Source: Macrostomum lignano (Eukaryota). Taken from it: a stretch of DNA of 64,000 nt. Positions 14,130-27,898 of the stretch are shown here, piece after piece (the stretch's first letter is position 1; each line of letters opens with the position of its first letter). The translations under genes and the position numbers were made by a program. The stretch covers positions 62,001-126,000 of the forward strand of contig NIVC01000296.1 in assembly GCA_002269645.1 (NCBI GenBank), given 5' to 3'. The notes beneath the pieces are model-generated. The model saw only the letters and a list, made by a program, of their open reading frames with translations, ran no database searches and was not told where the DNA came from.

Positions 14130-14636
14130 GGAAAGTGACCGGTGACTCAACCTAAGAGCACAGGGGAATTGACCGGTGACTCAGCCTGAGAAGACAGGGA
14201 AAGTGACCAGTGACTCAGCCTGAGAACACAGGGGAAGTGACCGGTGACTCAACCTGAGAAGACAGGGGAAGTTACCGGTGACTCAACCTGAGCGCACAGG
14301 GGAAGTGACCGGTGACTCAACCTGAGAACACAGGGGAAGTGACCGGTGACTCAACCTGAGAACACAGGGGAAGTGACCGGTGACTCAACCTGAGAAGACA
14401 GGGGAAGTTACCGGTGACTCAACCTGAGCGCACAGGGGAAGTGACCGGTGACTCAACCTGAGAACACAGGGGAAGTGACCGGTGACTCAACCTGAGAAGA
14501 CAGGGGAAGTTACCGGTGACTCAGCCTGAAAAGACAGGGGAAGTGACCGGTGAATCAACCTGAGAACACAGGGGAAGTGACCGGTGACTCAACCTGAGCG
14601 CACAGGGGAAGTGACCGGTGGCTCAACCTGAGAACA
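14130..14636 (+). repeat. 34-bp minisatellite
   Basis: CACAGGGGAAGTGACCGGTGACTCAACCTGAGAA units. Confidence 0.93.
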
Positions 14637-14848
14637 GGTAAGCTAACATTAAATGATGCAACACAAATGAAGATAAGCCACTCAATTTAAATTCGTACGG
14701 AACAGGAACGGAACTATCAATAGTAATGGGTCTGCACAAACAGCCACAGTAAGATGTGTGCTGTAGGGTCAGACCTTAGCCAAGCATATATTTACACACA
14801 AGAATTGCAATGCAAAGCCATCGCTAAAAGCAGTTGTTAAGATTGTTA

Positions 14849-17800
14849 TTACAGCAGGCCCTGCATCTCCTGCATGAATTTCTCGTAGGCGTCGTCCTTG
14901 GCGCTGCTGCTCATCTGCTGCTGACGGTGGTGACTAGCGGCGGCCTCGTCGCCGACACCGATAACGCCGGAGATTGGCGGGGCGCTGACAGCAGTTGCCG
15001 CCGCCGACTGCTGATGACCAGCGGAAGAAACCATTGCTGGATGCAGTTGCTTATGTTGCTGCTGCTGCTGGGCGCTTCGCTTGATCCGAACCGCGGTTGG
15101 CACGAGTTTGGTGGCATCGCCGATCAGGTTCTTCAACTGCGGCGCAGCCGAGATGCTCGTCTGTCCGTGGCGTCGGGGGCCGGCCTCGGCCGGGGCTGCG
15201 GCTGCCGGAGCGACAGGCGGCGGCTGCGCCTGCGGCGGAACAATCGCCTGAGGCGGCGGCGCGCGGCGGTGGCATCGCCGGCTGAGGTCGATGAAGCGAC
15301 GCCGCCGCAGCTGCTGCAGCTGCCGCAGCCGCAGCGCGCCGCAGCCGCCGCCGGCGCGGGCGGATTCGGCTGCATCGAAGGCGCAGGCGGCACCAGCGGC
15401 GCTGGCGCCGGCGCTTTCTCGCCGGGAGGCGCCGGCTCGTCGCTGAATCGGATCGACTTCTGCTGCAGCGGCTGTGCCGGAGGCGGCTTCGCTGACGGCG
15501 GCTCGTCCTCGCAGTCGGAGAGGTCCGGCGGCGGTCCCGGCGGCGGCCCGGCCGGCTTTCTGTCCGGCTTCTTCCGCGGCGGCGGCGCCGAGGCTTTTAA
15601 AATGCCGGGCAGGAGGCCGCCGTCAGCTGAGAACACGCTGGACGGAGGCGGGATGGCGCCGCGGGGAACACGGGCGGGAAGCCGGGCGCTTGGGTGGCGC
15701 CGGGCGCAGCGAGGGCAGCGGGATGCTGCTGGTGTCGACGTTCTCGGCGCTCGGACCTGCTCGTAGAACAGCGCGCGCTGCTGCCGGCGCTGCTCGTACT
15801 CTTGGCGGGCGGCGACCAGCTTGCCAGCCTCGTCCGGCTCTCGCGTTGCTGGGGGGGGGGGCAATGAGAATTGGCGGAAATGGGGACAGCTGACTTGCAT
15901 ACTTGCGAGTGCTCCGGAATTGGGATACAAGACTAGGAAGGGGATCATAGATTAGTGCTGCGGGGGTCTTGGATTAGTGATAGGATAACGGATCATTGAT
16001 GGGGATAATGAATTATTGATAGGGATTATTGATTAGTGATGGGATAATGGATTAGTGATGGAGAATGGATTAGTGATGAGATAATGGATTAGTGATGAGA
16101 TAATGGATTAGTGATGGAGAATGGATTAGTGATGGGAGAATGGATTAGTGATGGGAGAATGGATTAGTGATGGGAGAATGGATTAGTGATGGGAGAATGG
16201 ATTAGTGATGAGATAATGGATTAGTGATGAGATAATGGATTAGTGATGGGAGAATGGATTAGTGATGGGATAATGGATTAGTGATGGGATAATGGATTAG
16301 TGATGGTGATTGTGGATTAGGAATGGAGAATTATGAATTAGAGACGAACTTATGGACTAGGGATAGAAAATATGGATTTGGAGCTCCTGGATTAGGGATT
16401 TGAATCCTGTATTAAAAATATGGATTATGGATTGAACAGGATTCTGGATTAATCTATAATCCTAGATTATGGATTAGGAATCAGGGCCGGGATGCTGAAT
16501 TAGGGATGGGGATTCCGGATTAAGGATTAGAAATGCGGATTTGGAAGGTAGAACAGAAATGAATTAACGATAAGATAGCGACAGCAGCGCAGAGGCACTC
16601 ACAACCATAGACAGGATCCGGTCGTAGGTCTCCAGCAGTTTCCTGCGCTTCTCCTGAATAACTCGCAGTGCCAACCTCTCGCCGTCGCTGAAACCAACGG
16701 CGCTGCCGCCGCGATGTCGGCCTCAGCTGACGGATCCAGCTCCATTTTGTCGTACTCTTCCAGCTCAATTAGTATCTGGTCTGGTTGGCGCGCCTTCAGC
16801 ACGCTGGTTCGCACCTGCAAGATGGGAAGTAATTGTCACACACTCATTGCCAGGTCATTGTCACACACTCATTGCCAGGTCATTGTCATTGTCACACACT
16901 CATCGCCAGGTCATTGTCATTGTCACACACTCATTGCCAGGTCATTGTCATTGTCACACACTCATTGCCAGGTCATTGTCATTGTCACACACTCATTGCC
17001 AGGTCACTGTCACACACTCATTATGAGGTCACTGTCACACACTCATTGTCAGTTCATTTTCACACACTCATTGCCAGGTCACTGTCACACACTCATTGTC
17101 AGGTCATTGTCACACACTCATCGCCAGGTCATTGTCATTGTCACACACTCATTGCCAGGTCATTGTCATTGTCACACACTCATTGCCAGGTCATTGTCAT
17201 TGTCACACACTCATTGCCAGGTCACTGTCACACACTCATTATGAGGTCACTGTCACACACTCATTGTCAGTTCATTTTCACACACTCATTGCCAGGTCAC
17301 TGTCACACTCATTGTCAGGTCATTGTCACACACTTNNNNNNNNNNNNNNNNNNNNNNNNNNNNNNNNNNNNNNNNNNNNNNNNNNNNNNNNNNNNNNNNN
17401 NNNNNNNNNNNNNNNNNNNNNNNNNNNNNNNNNNNNNNNNNNNNNNNNNNNNNNNNNNNNNNNNNNNNNNNNNNNNNNNNNNNNNNNNNNNNNNNNNNNN
17501 NNNNNNNNNNNNNNNNNNNNNNNNNNNNNNNNNNNNNNNNNNNNNNNNNNNNNNNNNNNNNNNNNNNNNNNNNNNNNNNNNNNNNNNNNNNNNNNNNNNN
17601 NNNNNNNNNNNNNNNNNNNNNNNNNNNNNNNNNNNNNNNNNNNNNNNNNNNNNNNNNNNNNNNNNNNNNNNNNNNNNNNNNNNNNNNNNNGCTGGCGCCG
17701 CGCTTTCTCGCCGGGAGGCGCCGGCTCGTCGTGAATCGGATCGACTTCTGCTGCAGCGGCTGTGCCGGAGGCGGCTTCGCTGACGGCGGCTCGTCCTCGC

Positions 17801-20364
17801 AGTCGGAGAGGTCCGGCGGCGGTCCCGGCGGCGGCCGGCCGGCTTTCTGTCCGGCTTCTTCCGCGGCGGCGGCGCCGAGGCTTTTAAAATGCCGGGCAGG
17901 AGGCCGCCGTCAGCTGAGAACACGCTGGACGGAGGCGGGATGGCGCCGCGGGGAACACGGGCGGGAAGCGGGCGCTTGGGTGGCGCCGGGCGGCAGCGAG
18001 GGCAGCGGGATGCTGCTGGTGTCGACGTTCTCGGCCGCTCGGACCTGCTCGTAGAACAGCGCGCGCTGCTGCCGGCGCTGCTCGTACTCTTGGCGGGCGG
18101 CGACCAGCTTGCCAGCCTCGTCCGGGCTCTCGCGTTGCTGGGGGGGGGGGGGGCAATGAGAATTGGCGGAAATGGGGACAGCTGACTTGCATACTTGCGA
18201 GTGCTCCGGAATTGGGATACAAGACTAGGAAGGGGATCATAGATTAGTGCTGCGGGGTCTTGGATTAGTGATAGGATAACGGATCATTGATGGGGATAAT
18301 GAATTATTGATAGGGATTATTGATTAGTGATGGGATAATGGATTAGTGATGGGAGAATGGATTAGTGATGAGATAATGGATTAGTGATGAGATAATGGAT
18401 TAGTGATGGGAGAATGGATTAGTGATGGAGAATGGATTAGTGATGGAGAATGGATTAGTGATGGAAGAATGGATTAGTGATGGGAGAATGGATTAGTGAT
18501 GAGATAATGGATTAGTGATGAGATAATGGATTAGTGATGGGAGAATGGATTAGTGATGGGATAATGGATTAGTGATGGGATAATGGATTAGTGATGGTGA
18601 TTGTGGATTAGGAATGGAGAATTATGAATTAGAGACGAACTTATGGACTAGGATAGAAAATATGGATTTGGAGCTCCTGGATTAGGGATTTGAATCCTGT
18701 ATTAAAAATATGGATTATGGATTGAACAGGATTCTGGATTAATCTATAATCCTAGATTATGGATTAGGAATCAGGGCCGGGATGCTGAATTAGGGATGGG
18801 GATTCCGGATTAAGGATTAGAAATGCGGATTTGGAAGGTAGAACAGAAATGAATTAACGATAAGATAGCGACAGCAGCGCAGAGGCACTCACAACCATAG
18901 ACAGGATCCGGTCGTAGGTCTCCAGCAGTTTCCTGCGCTTCTCCTGAATAACTCGCAGTGCCAACCTCTCGCCGTCGCTGAAACCAACGGCGCTGCCGCC
19001 GCCGATGTCGGCCTCAGCTGACGGATCCAGCTCCATTTTGTCGTACTCTTCCAGCTCAATTAGTATCTGGTCTGGTTGGCGCGCCTTCAGCACGCTGGTT
19101 CGCACCTGCAAGATGGGAAGTAATTGTCACACACTCATTGCCAGGTCATTGTCACACACTCATTGCCAGGTCATTGTCATTGTCACACACTCATCGCCAG
19201 GTCATTGTCATTGTCACACACTCATTGCCAGGTCATTGTCATTGTCACACACTCATTGCCAGGTCATTGTCATTGTCACACACTCATTGCCAGGTCACTG
19301 TCACACACTCATTATGAGGTCACTGTCACACACTCATTGTCAGTTCATTTTCACACACTCATTGCCAGGTCACTGTCACACACTCATTGTCAGGTCATTG
19401 TCACACACTCATCGCCAGGTCATTGTCATTGTCACACACTCATTGCCAGGTCATTGTCATTGTCACACACTCATTGCCAGGTCATTGTCATTGTCACACA
19501 CTCATTGCCAGGTCACTGTCACACACTCATTATGAGGTCACTGTCACACACTCATTGTCAGTTCATTTTCACACACTCATTGCCAGGTCACTGTCACACA
19601 CTCATTGTCAGGTCATTGTCACACACTTATTGCCAGGTCATTGTCACACACTCATTGTTAGGTCACTGTCACACACTCATTGTCAGGTCATTGTCACACA
19701 CTCATTGTCAGTTCATTGTCACACACTCATTGCCAGGTCACTGTCACACACTCATTGTCAGGTCATTGTCACACACTTATTGCCAGGTCATTGTCACACA
19801 CTCATTGTTAGGTCACTGTCACACACTCATTATGAGGTCACTGTCACACTCATTGTCAGGTTATTGTCACACACTTATTGCCAGGTCATTGTCACACACT
19901 CATTGTTAGGTCACTGTCACACACTCATTGTTAGGTCACTGTCACACACTCATTATGAGGTCACTGTCACACTCATTGTCAGGTTATTGTCACACACTTA
20001 TTGCCAGGTCATTGTCACGCACTCATTGTTAGGTCACTGTCACACACTCATTATGAGGTCACTGTCACACTCATTGTCAGGTTATTGTCACACACTTATT
20101 GCCAGGTCATTGTCACACACTCATTGCCAGGTCACTATCACACACTCATTATGAGGTCACTGTCACACACTCATTGTCAGGTCACACACAGCCCTTCCCA
20201 GATGTTGAGTCAGCCTGTCATGCTGCCTTCAATGAGCAAATTTTTACCTGCATTCGCTGCTTTTTGTTTTTCTTCAGCTCCCGTTTCCTGGCCTCCTTCC
20301 GCGCCTGGTCGGTCGGGTTCATGAACCGGCCAGTCTTGGTGGTGCCAACTGCTCGCCTGCCCAT
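14849..20364 (-). CDS. WBP11: WW domain-binding protein 11 (splicing factor)
   Basis: Exon 1 (20364-20248) MGRRAVGTTKTGRFMNPTDQARKEARKRELKKNKKQRMQ; exon 2 (19105-18893); Pro-rich exon 3 from 18137/15848; C-terminus DDAYEKFMQEMQGLL* at 14849. Confidence 0.95.
17336..17690. other. Assembly gap (355 N) between two overlapping copies of the same ~1.9-kb segment
   Basis: 15401-17335 is repeated at 17691-~19620 with small indels. Confidence 0.9.
19123..20185 (+). repeat. 25-31-bp minisatellite filling WBP11 intron 1 (duplicated at 16832-17335)
   Basis: TGTCACACACTCATTGCCAGGTCAT units. Confidence 0.95.
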
Positions 20365-20699
20365 GGCTCAGCTTGTTGCAGATTTAGTATTTTTGATATA
20401 AAATTACAAACTGAAAATTTAAATATTCATGCATTACATTATATTGAGATTACTAATTTAATTTATATGGTGACTTTAACTTTGAAATGAGCACCTAATC
20501 TGGCTGGCACTTTGAGGAACATTTTTCATGTATTAACTATAGGCCAAAGAAATACTTAAATTATTATCATAAATTTATAAGTTTGTCATATTGAATAAAT
20601 AAAAAGATTTTATATTTTACAATGACTCCAATACAAAAACTTGTTAAATTTCAGACATACATTATCTGTCATTCTTGGTTGTGCATTTTAATGTTTGAA

Positions 20700-21260
20700 A
20701 ACCAATACTATTTCCAGATTGATGGTGTTGCTATGGGATATCCTCTTGCCCTTATACTTGCTAATCAGTACCAAAGTCATTAGGAGAATGAATAGATAAA
20801 ACTCCTCAATGCCCCACAGTTTTATAAGCATTATGTTGATGATACATTTGCTGTTTTTGACAATAAGTTTCTTATCAGAATAAACCTGGGTTTTTTTCGT
20901 CCATAACTTAGGTGCGATTTTGCACCCTGTGCTAGATTTCAGGGTGCGATTTTCAAGACCAGGATGCACTGCACGTCCACAACACTAAATTGTAAAACCC
21001 ACATCACATCCTTGCAAAAAATTGGGTGCACTTTTCGCACCCTGAGTCAAATTTCAGGGTGCGATTTTTAAGACCAGGATGCTTTTCGCACCCATTCACA
21101 CAAAAAAACCCAGGAATAAACTCCACTTACCTAAACATCAAACTCACCATTGAAAGCATAAAGAAGAGTCTCTCTTTTCTTGATACTGAGGTTGATTCAG
21201 ATTGCTCTAGACATTGTCCTCTTGTGGAAGTTTACTATAAACTGTGGAAATATAGCTTGT
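20700..21260 (+). mobile_element. Degenerate Penelope-like reverse transcriptase fragment
   Basis: DGVAMGYPLALILAN, FYKHYVDDTFAVF and IKLTIESIKKSLSFLDTEV...VYYK match Penelope RT motifs; the fragment is interrupted by a MITE. Confidence 0.7.
20885..21114. mobile_element. 230-bp MITE with 13-bp TIRs and 6-bp TSD
   Basis: CCTGGGTTTTTTT ... AAAAAAACCCAGG, flanked by AATAAA at 20879-20884 and 21115-21120. Confidence 0.8.
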
Positions 21261-21268
21261 CTAACAAA

Positions 21269-21507
21269 TAGTATGAAAAATAAATGTCAACAATAAAATA
21301 TAATACAATTTTTCTTTTTATTCAATGCATTTTGTCAAACATAAGACATTGTCAGGGCAAATTCAATTTACCTTAATTTTTCTTAATTCACCTTTGGTGT
21401 ATTGAATTAAGGTGAATTGAATTGGCCCTGATGATATCTTATGTTTGCAAAATCTGCTGGCTAAAAAGAAAAATTATATGTTTTTGCTGACATTTTCTTA
21501 TTTACTA
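21269..21507. mobile_element. Foldback/MITE-like imperfect palindrome (~240 bp)
   Basis: TCAGGGCAAATTCAATTTACCTTAATT pairs with AATTAAGGTGAATTGAATTGGCCCTGA; the outer arms also pair imperfectly. Confidence 0.6.
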
Positions 21508-23678
21508 TAAATCTACAAGGGGTATCCCAGAAATAGTGTCACTTTTGCTTGCTTCCACAAGTATTAATGTGTGTTAAAAAAGTTATGTGCCCTAAAAGTT
21601 AGTGGCTTATTTTAGCTTTCATGCCATGAAAGTCCAATTTTTATAATTGCTTCCTGCTATAAGCAGCATGCATTTATTCGCATACCCTTGGCCATAGAAA
21701 TAAACACTGCATAGTGCTTCTATGCTCACTCAGAAGAAAGTCTCAAGTAGAGCTGATCAAGCACAGAGTTGCAAGACAGCAGCTGCAAGATGTTTTTTAT
21801 TTTAGAGATATAATTTTTTTCAAATAAGTTGCCCGTGCGCTGTCTATTGATGTCATATTATCCCTAGTGTGGTTTGCTTCTGCTTGTCTAGGCATTGTTC
21901 CACTACATGCTCCATGCATTGGCTGTTATTATCCTTTTTTATGGAACTTTGTTAAGTTGCACTTATGCTCCCGGTTTTTATCTTTTGTCCATACTATGCC
22001 CATAGGTGCCCACCATTGCATCCAGCAGTTGCTCCCACCTTTGGAATTGCTAGCTGCCCCTATTTAATCCCCTGTTTTCATGTGCTAATTCTGTTACCTT
22101 CCTTGCCCTTTTCTTTTATCCTCTGCTCCATTTAACTTGCTGATTCTTGCACACATTTATTTTATTTACTCTCGCTATCTATCTTGCTTTGCCTGATAAC
22201 AAAGCTTAATAAGTTTATCAATTAGTGAACTACTTTTATAATTTAGCACCCTGGTGCTGCCACAAATTTATCTCGATTGACTAACTAACTATTTTAACCT
22301 GCCTAATAATAATTAATAACTGAAAATAAATAATAAATAATAAGCTACATTCTATTTATTTGTTGATCCATAAGCCATAGCATATCTTGAATTCTTTGCC
22401 CATGGGGCATAAAACAATCAAAGTTCTCAACTAAAGAAAGTTCTAAGACTTATTTGTTCTGTAATACGTAAATTACAGTGGTGGCAGCCCTACCATACTA
22501 AAAGTAACAAGCTTAGCAAATTGACGCATTAATTTGAATCACCGCGCTGCTATATGACCACTTCGCTACAATACTTTGAAGGACTTTGAGGACCCCGGCA
22601 GTGGGATTAAAACAGGAGAAAGAATTTTGTTGTGATTTGTCTGCGCGACATCTTTAGATTTAGGATTTATTTGTGCAAATGCAATGCTGGCAAGAATTCA
22701 AATGCAGAATCTGCCTCCACCTCATTGGAGTTAGCAAGACTAACCAACTTCAAATTAAGCTTATTAACTTTTTCTGACCCCACCTTACCTATTACATAAA
22801 TAATTTTTTAGGCAAAATGTGACATTTTATAAGTTAGTTATAAATATAATATAAATTAGAGGCTATGGCCTACCATTTAGGATTTTAGATGTAACAAAAA
22901 GGTCAGCTTATAATATTAATAATTACTAGGCCTTTAGGTCTACTTTGAATTCTATAGGCCTTAATATTATAGTAGGCCTAGAAAAAGAATTTATTTGCTA
23001 TAAATAGACTTATTAATAGGTTACTACTATACTATAGTCTGGATCATGCTAGGTGCACACCCAAACAAAAATTGATAGGTACAAATGCATGCCTAAAAAA
23101 TGAGTGCATGCCCATTCTGAAAACTCTGCTGGTGTTGCAACAATAAATGACCTTTTTATGTTGTGAGAATTAATGACCTTTTTTCATTGCATAATAGACC
23201 CTTTTTGACAGATAATTTGGTTAATTTTTCTGCTTTTTAGGCAATATTGTTTATATTGGAAAATTGATATGTGCAAAGATTTGTTTAAATGCCTTATTAC
23301 AAGCTTAAAAACCTGGAAAGTAGGAAATTTACACTTAAAAATGAACTTTTTTTCTACTTTAGGCCTACAATAACTCTTCTGCATTATTCTATAAAGTGCA
23401 TGCCAGGTGTATTTTCTTAGAAGTGATGCATGACAACTGTGCACACCTACTTTTGGCATGCAAGGCCAATGCACGCCCAATTTTTTGGGCATATACTACA
23501 TGATCTAGAGTGTGGGGTTACTATAGTTATTCTATTATATCAAAATAGAATAGAATTGTAACTTGTAAGGTTCTACTACTCAAACTTGATCTTGATCTAT
23601 GACTGAGATATTTGTGGTATCTACTTAGCTTAGCTACTAACTAGGCGTCTAGGCCTATTAATAGCTAATAAGAATTTT

Positions 23679-24138
23679 GGCAATCTTCAAGTTTCGTTCG
23701 TTTAATTATTTCCGGAATTATTTCGCCCTCTATTCAAGGGTGGTGGGGGGTGGGTGTTGGAATTAAACGAACGAAACTTGAAGATAACCGAATTTTTAGT
23801 ATATTGGATTGACTAGGCCTACTGTAGTTCTTTAAAATATTATAATTTCTAATCTAAGTCTAAGATAGGCCTATCCTACATAGGAAAAGTAAGATTCTAT
23901 AATTTTTTTATCTAAACATAATTCTACTATAATAGGCATAACATTACATTATTGATATTATTATAACATATAGCATAACATTTATTTTATTACACTACAA
24001 CTAAACCGGAACCAGTGATACTGATTACTGGGCAATCTTCAAGTTTCGTTCGTTTAATTATTTCCGGAATTATTTTCGCCCTCTATTTAAGGTGGTGGGT
24101 GGGTGTTGGAATTAAACGAACGAAACTTGAAGATAACC
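23679..24138. mobile_element. Two copies of a ~108-bp MITE (23679-23789, 24031-24138)
   Basis: Each copy has 25-bp inverted repeats ATCTTCAAGTTTCGTTCGTTTAATT / AATTAAACGAACGAAACTTGAAGAT. Confidence 0.75.
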
Positions 24139-24743
24139 GATTACTGAACCAGGTCCATAAATTTATTTTAAATAAAATTATAAAATATGAGCCAAAGTTT
24201 GAAAAGCCTTCATAATTATAAAAAACTAAAAGCTTTGATAATTTTTTAACTTGCAATATTAGTTGGCACGTAGCGATCGACTGCAGAAAGAAAGAATTAA
24301 ACAGCTTGATTTTGTGGTATTGCACAATCAAAAAATTACAAATAAAGCAATTTAACTTTGTGCCAATCCTTCTTAGATAGATGTTTGCGCTTTAACAAAG
24401 CTTAATCACTAGGCATGTTTTCCATTAGCTACTACTCAAACTACTAAAAAATCATTAGCTTTTGCTTCTCCGTTTTACAAGATACGCTAATTCCATTTCC
24501 TGCTACAACACCCTGCGTAAACGAGTATTTTTCGGCCTTACATTTTGACACGGGTGGCTACAAACTAGAATAAACCACACGAATATCGTGTTATAAGCTG
24601 TTGACATGGACCCATGTTCTTTTAATTTTCAACCTGAAATCCAGGCACCATCTTTTGTTTCATAACGTGGTACCTTCTATACAATTTTACTCTCTAGTTT
24701 CTTAGCAATTTAACTTTGCGCCAATTGTACATGCAGGCTGATA

Positions 24744-25164
24744 AGGGGCGTCGCCAACGGGGGGGGGACAGGGGGGACATGTCCCCTCTCAGTAAAAGAT
24801 CTGGGGGGATATAATGCCAATGCTTTGTCCCCCACCCCACCTTGTGACCCGTTATGGAAATCAATAATTTTCGCTGCAGGGCGGATAGAACATGTAGTGC
24901 CTGCGGCGCTAAAATGAGTGCCTGCGGCGCCAAAATGAGTGCTTGCGGCGCTAAAATGAGTGCCTGCGGCGCTAAAATGGTCGAGTGCCTGCGGCGCTAA
25001 AAGGAGCGCCTGCGGCGCCAAAATAAGTGCCCGCGGCGCTAAAATGAGTGCTGACAACACCGATTCTGAAATAATGTACATGTAAGAATTTCGTCATGTA
25101 CATGTACATGTATAATTATTGGCTAATTGTCTCTCCCCACCATAAAATCCATGGCGACGCCCCT
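24744..25164. mobile_element. Non-autonomous DNA element with AGGGGCGTCGCCA TIRs and internal ~21-bp repeats
   Basis: AGGGGCGTCGCCA (24744) and TGGCGACGCCCCT (25152-25164); internal GCCTGCGGCGCTAAAATGAGT repeats; TSD imperfect. Confidence 0.6.
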
Positions 25165-25449
25165 GCATGCAGGAGAAATTTAATCTTAAAACGCATTATG
25201 TATATTATGAATGCAAGCGTAGGTAGGTGTGCTACCAAATATGACTTAAGTCTACTTACTTAGTCTACCATGCAGTCTAGATGTACAAGTCTGATAATTC
25301 ATGACTGTCCAGTCCGTTCATCCGGCTCCAATGCGTGGCTGATGAATTGAACTATATGTACATGTACATGTATAAATGCAATGTACTCTTGACTCCAAAA
25401 AACCAGCTGCAGTCTCACTGGCACACAATTGTGCATAATTATATTATTA

Positions 25450-26235
25450 TACGAGGGGTGTCCAGAAAATATAGTGTTACTTGTACTTGTTTCGGGCATT
25501 GGTAGATTAAGTTGCATTTAACACAAGTTTGGTGTCGTTTGAAAGCCGCAAGTCTCTTCTTTAAAATGTCTTAAACTTAAACCTAAACTTAAACTAAAAA
25601 AGACTTAAAGATTTGGATTTATATTTCAAGAAATATATGTGCATTAATTAGAGGGAGGTCGTAGACTACAGATCGAAGCTATGGACACCACCAGCTGTCT
25701 GCATGGACAAACGATCCAGTTTCATGTCCCCAGTGAGCAATCGGGGAACCCAACGGGCACTCAGCTTGAAATAATCCATCTTCTGCAGATACTTGTAAAC
25801 TATGAACTCCGGGCAATCCATAGTCGATCAGCCATTGCTTTGCTTTGGCGGCAGTCCACTCTTTATTGATCAAGTCGAGAATGCGATCAGGCTGCTGCTG
25901 GCTTGGATCTCAGGGCGTCCGGACCTTGGCATGTCGCTCACGTCAGTTCTTCCATCCTTGAACTCGTTCACCCACTTCTTCACTGTCATCTTGCTGACGG
26001 AATGGTCACCATGAGCAGTGCAAAGTTGCCTGTGAATATCAGCTGCCTTGGAACCCGGAGCTCCAAAGGGTATAAGGATGGCATGTCGCTGCCCAGTCTT
26101 TGAATACACGCCCAGTTGACGATTGACGGATGAAAATTGAGCAACAGTGATAAATGTTTCGGCAAAAAGCTTTTCACTGTATGTCGCAATTTTGACCATG
26201 AAACAACTCATGCATACAAAAGTATCGATTGTCAT
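25450..26235 (-). mobile_element. Mariner/Tc1 transposase relic
   Basis: ADIHRQLCTAHGDHSVSKMTVKKWVNEFKDGRTDVSDMPRSGRP (mariner HTH), followed by ARWVP; TACGAGGGGTGTCCAGAAA mariner-like terminus at ~25450. Confidence 0.75.
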
Positions 26236-27898
26236 CTGAGCAGAATGTTAATTTTAGCAGATAGGCCTATTTGAGCTTCTGCGAGTTCATGACTCGACCG
26301 ATCTCCCTCTAATCTAATTAAATGCAAATATCTCTTGAAATATAGATCCAAATTGATTGCAGTTGAAGTCATTTTAAAGAATAGACTTTCCGTTTTCAAA
26401 CAACACCAAACTTGTATCAAAGCAACCTACATGTACCACATGTCCGCAACAAGTAAAAATAACACTACATGAACATGAATATGGCACATATATTTTTTAC
26501 TAGTCATGACGACCAACTTGAAGTAAAAGGAAGCGAAACCACGCGTTTCTTAAAAAAGTTCAGGCAGGTTTTTGCCAAAAATTACGTTGCGAACTTTGGA
26601 GTTAACAAAGAAATTTCCCGCATTAAAATACTGACTCGTAATATAACTGCTTTTCCCAAGTCAAACTCCCGTCCTTCTTCTCCAAGTGGTTCTTATACTT
26701 AGTTTAAATAAATGGTAATCGATAACAATAATCCAATAAATAAAACTAATTGAATATAATATACTTGAACGCACAACCTCATAATGTGAACGTGTAGATT
26801 AAAATTTGTTTTAAATTTCAAGAGAATTTATGTTTAAAACACACAATAATGTATTTAATATAATGTAAAATATATATGCTTGTTCATAACTGCATGCAGC
26901 AATATTAGTATGGTTCAATGAAATGTATTGAAATTCAAAGAAAGTGAAATTATTTGCGCCAAAAATAGTATTGTGAAATATTAACTACTTTTTTTCAAAA
27001 TATGAGTATTAAAATGTCGCTAATTGCAGCTTTAATGAATTCTCCTTTGCAAAACCTAGCAATTAGTATTGGATAAAATTACCTACTACTAGCTTTAATT
27101 GTACCTTCAGACAATATCAGTAGAACTAAACTCCATGTCTTTTCCAAATTGTTTCCGAGACTTTCACACGGTTTAATGTGCAGCATATCGATTGTGGCAG
27201 CGCATCGGCAGCACAATCACACTGCAGCCAATTACAGATGCCAATATGAAGATGAAGCACCCAATCCAGACAAGCTCGAGGCCTGGAATCAGGATGAAGG
27301 GCATCACATAAGTGCTACTCTGCAGCAATTGGCAGCATTGAGATGACAGTCACAAGCCAGTAAAAAGACTGAGTGATAGGAATCTAAGGTTAGTCCGCGA
27401 AGATAAAAGCAGATTAGCAGAACTTAATGAGAGATTTCTCCGTTGAATCAGTGCAGACGTAAAAAGAACTATAAAAAGATTATAGAGAACCCAGCGGACG
27501 ACTGCGGCCCAGAGGAGGGGAAAGAGGCGAGGGAATAGAAAAGAGAAATATGAGAGAAAGGAGAGGAGAGGAGAGGAGAGGAGAGGAGAGGAGAGGAGAG
27601 GAGAGGAGAGGAGAGGAGAGGAGAGGAGAGGAGAGGAGAGGAGAGGAGAGAGAGAGAGGAGAGGAGAGGAGAGGAGAGGAGAGGAGAGGAGAGGAGAGGA
27701 GAGGAGAGGAGAGGAGAGGAGAGGAGAAAAGAAGAGAAAAGTGAGAGAAGAAAGCTGAGAAGAGACACAAACATTGAGCGGGCCGGATTGCTATTGTGAA
27801 GTTTCAAAGGACCCGAGGGCTGGATAGAGAGGCTTTGCGGCCCGCATGTGTTCCGCGGGTAAGAGTTTGCCGACTTCTACGAGACAGCAGCAGCTCAC

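Noticed and set aside
27165-27320. Hydrophobic minus-strand segment as the TM exon of the Ig gene
   Set aside because: The splice phase does not match the upstream donor at ~27899, so it was left out of the gene model.
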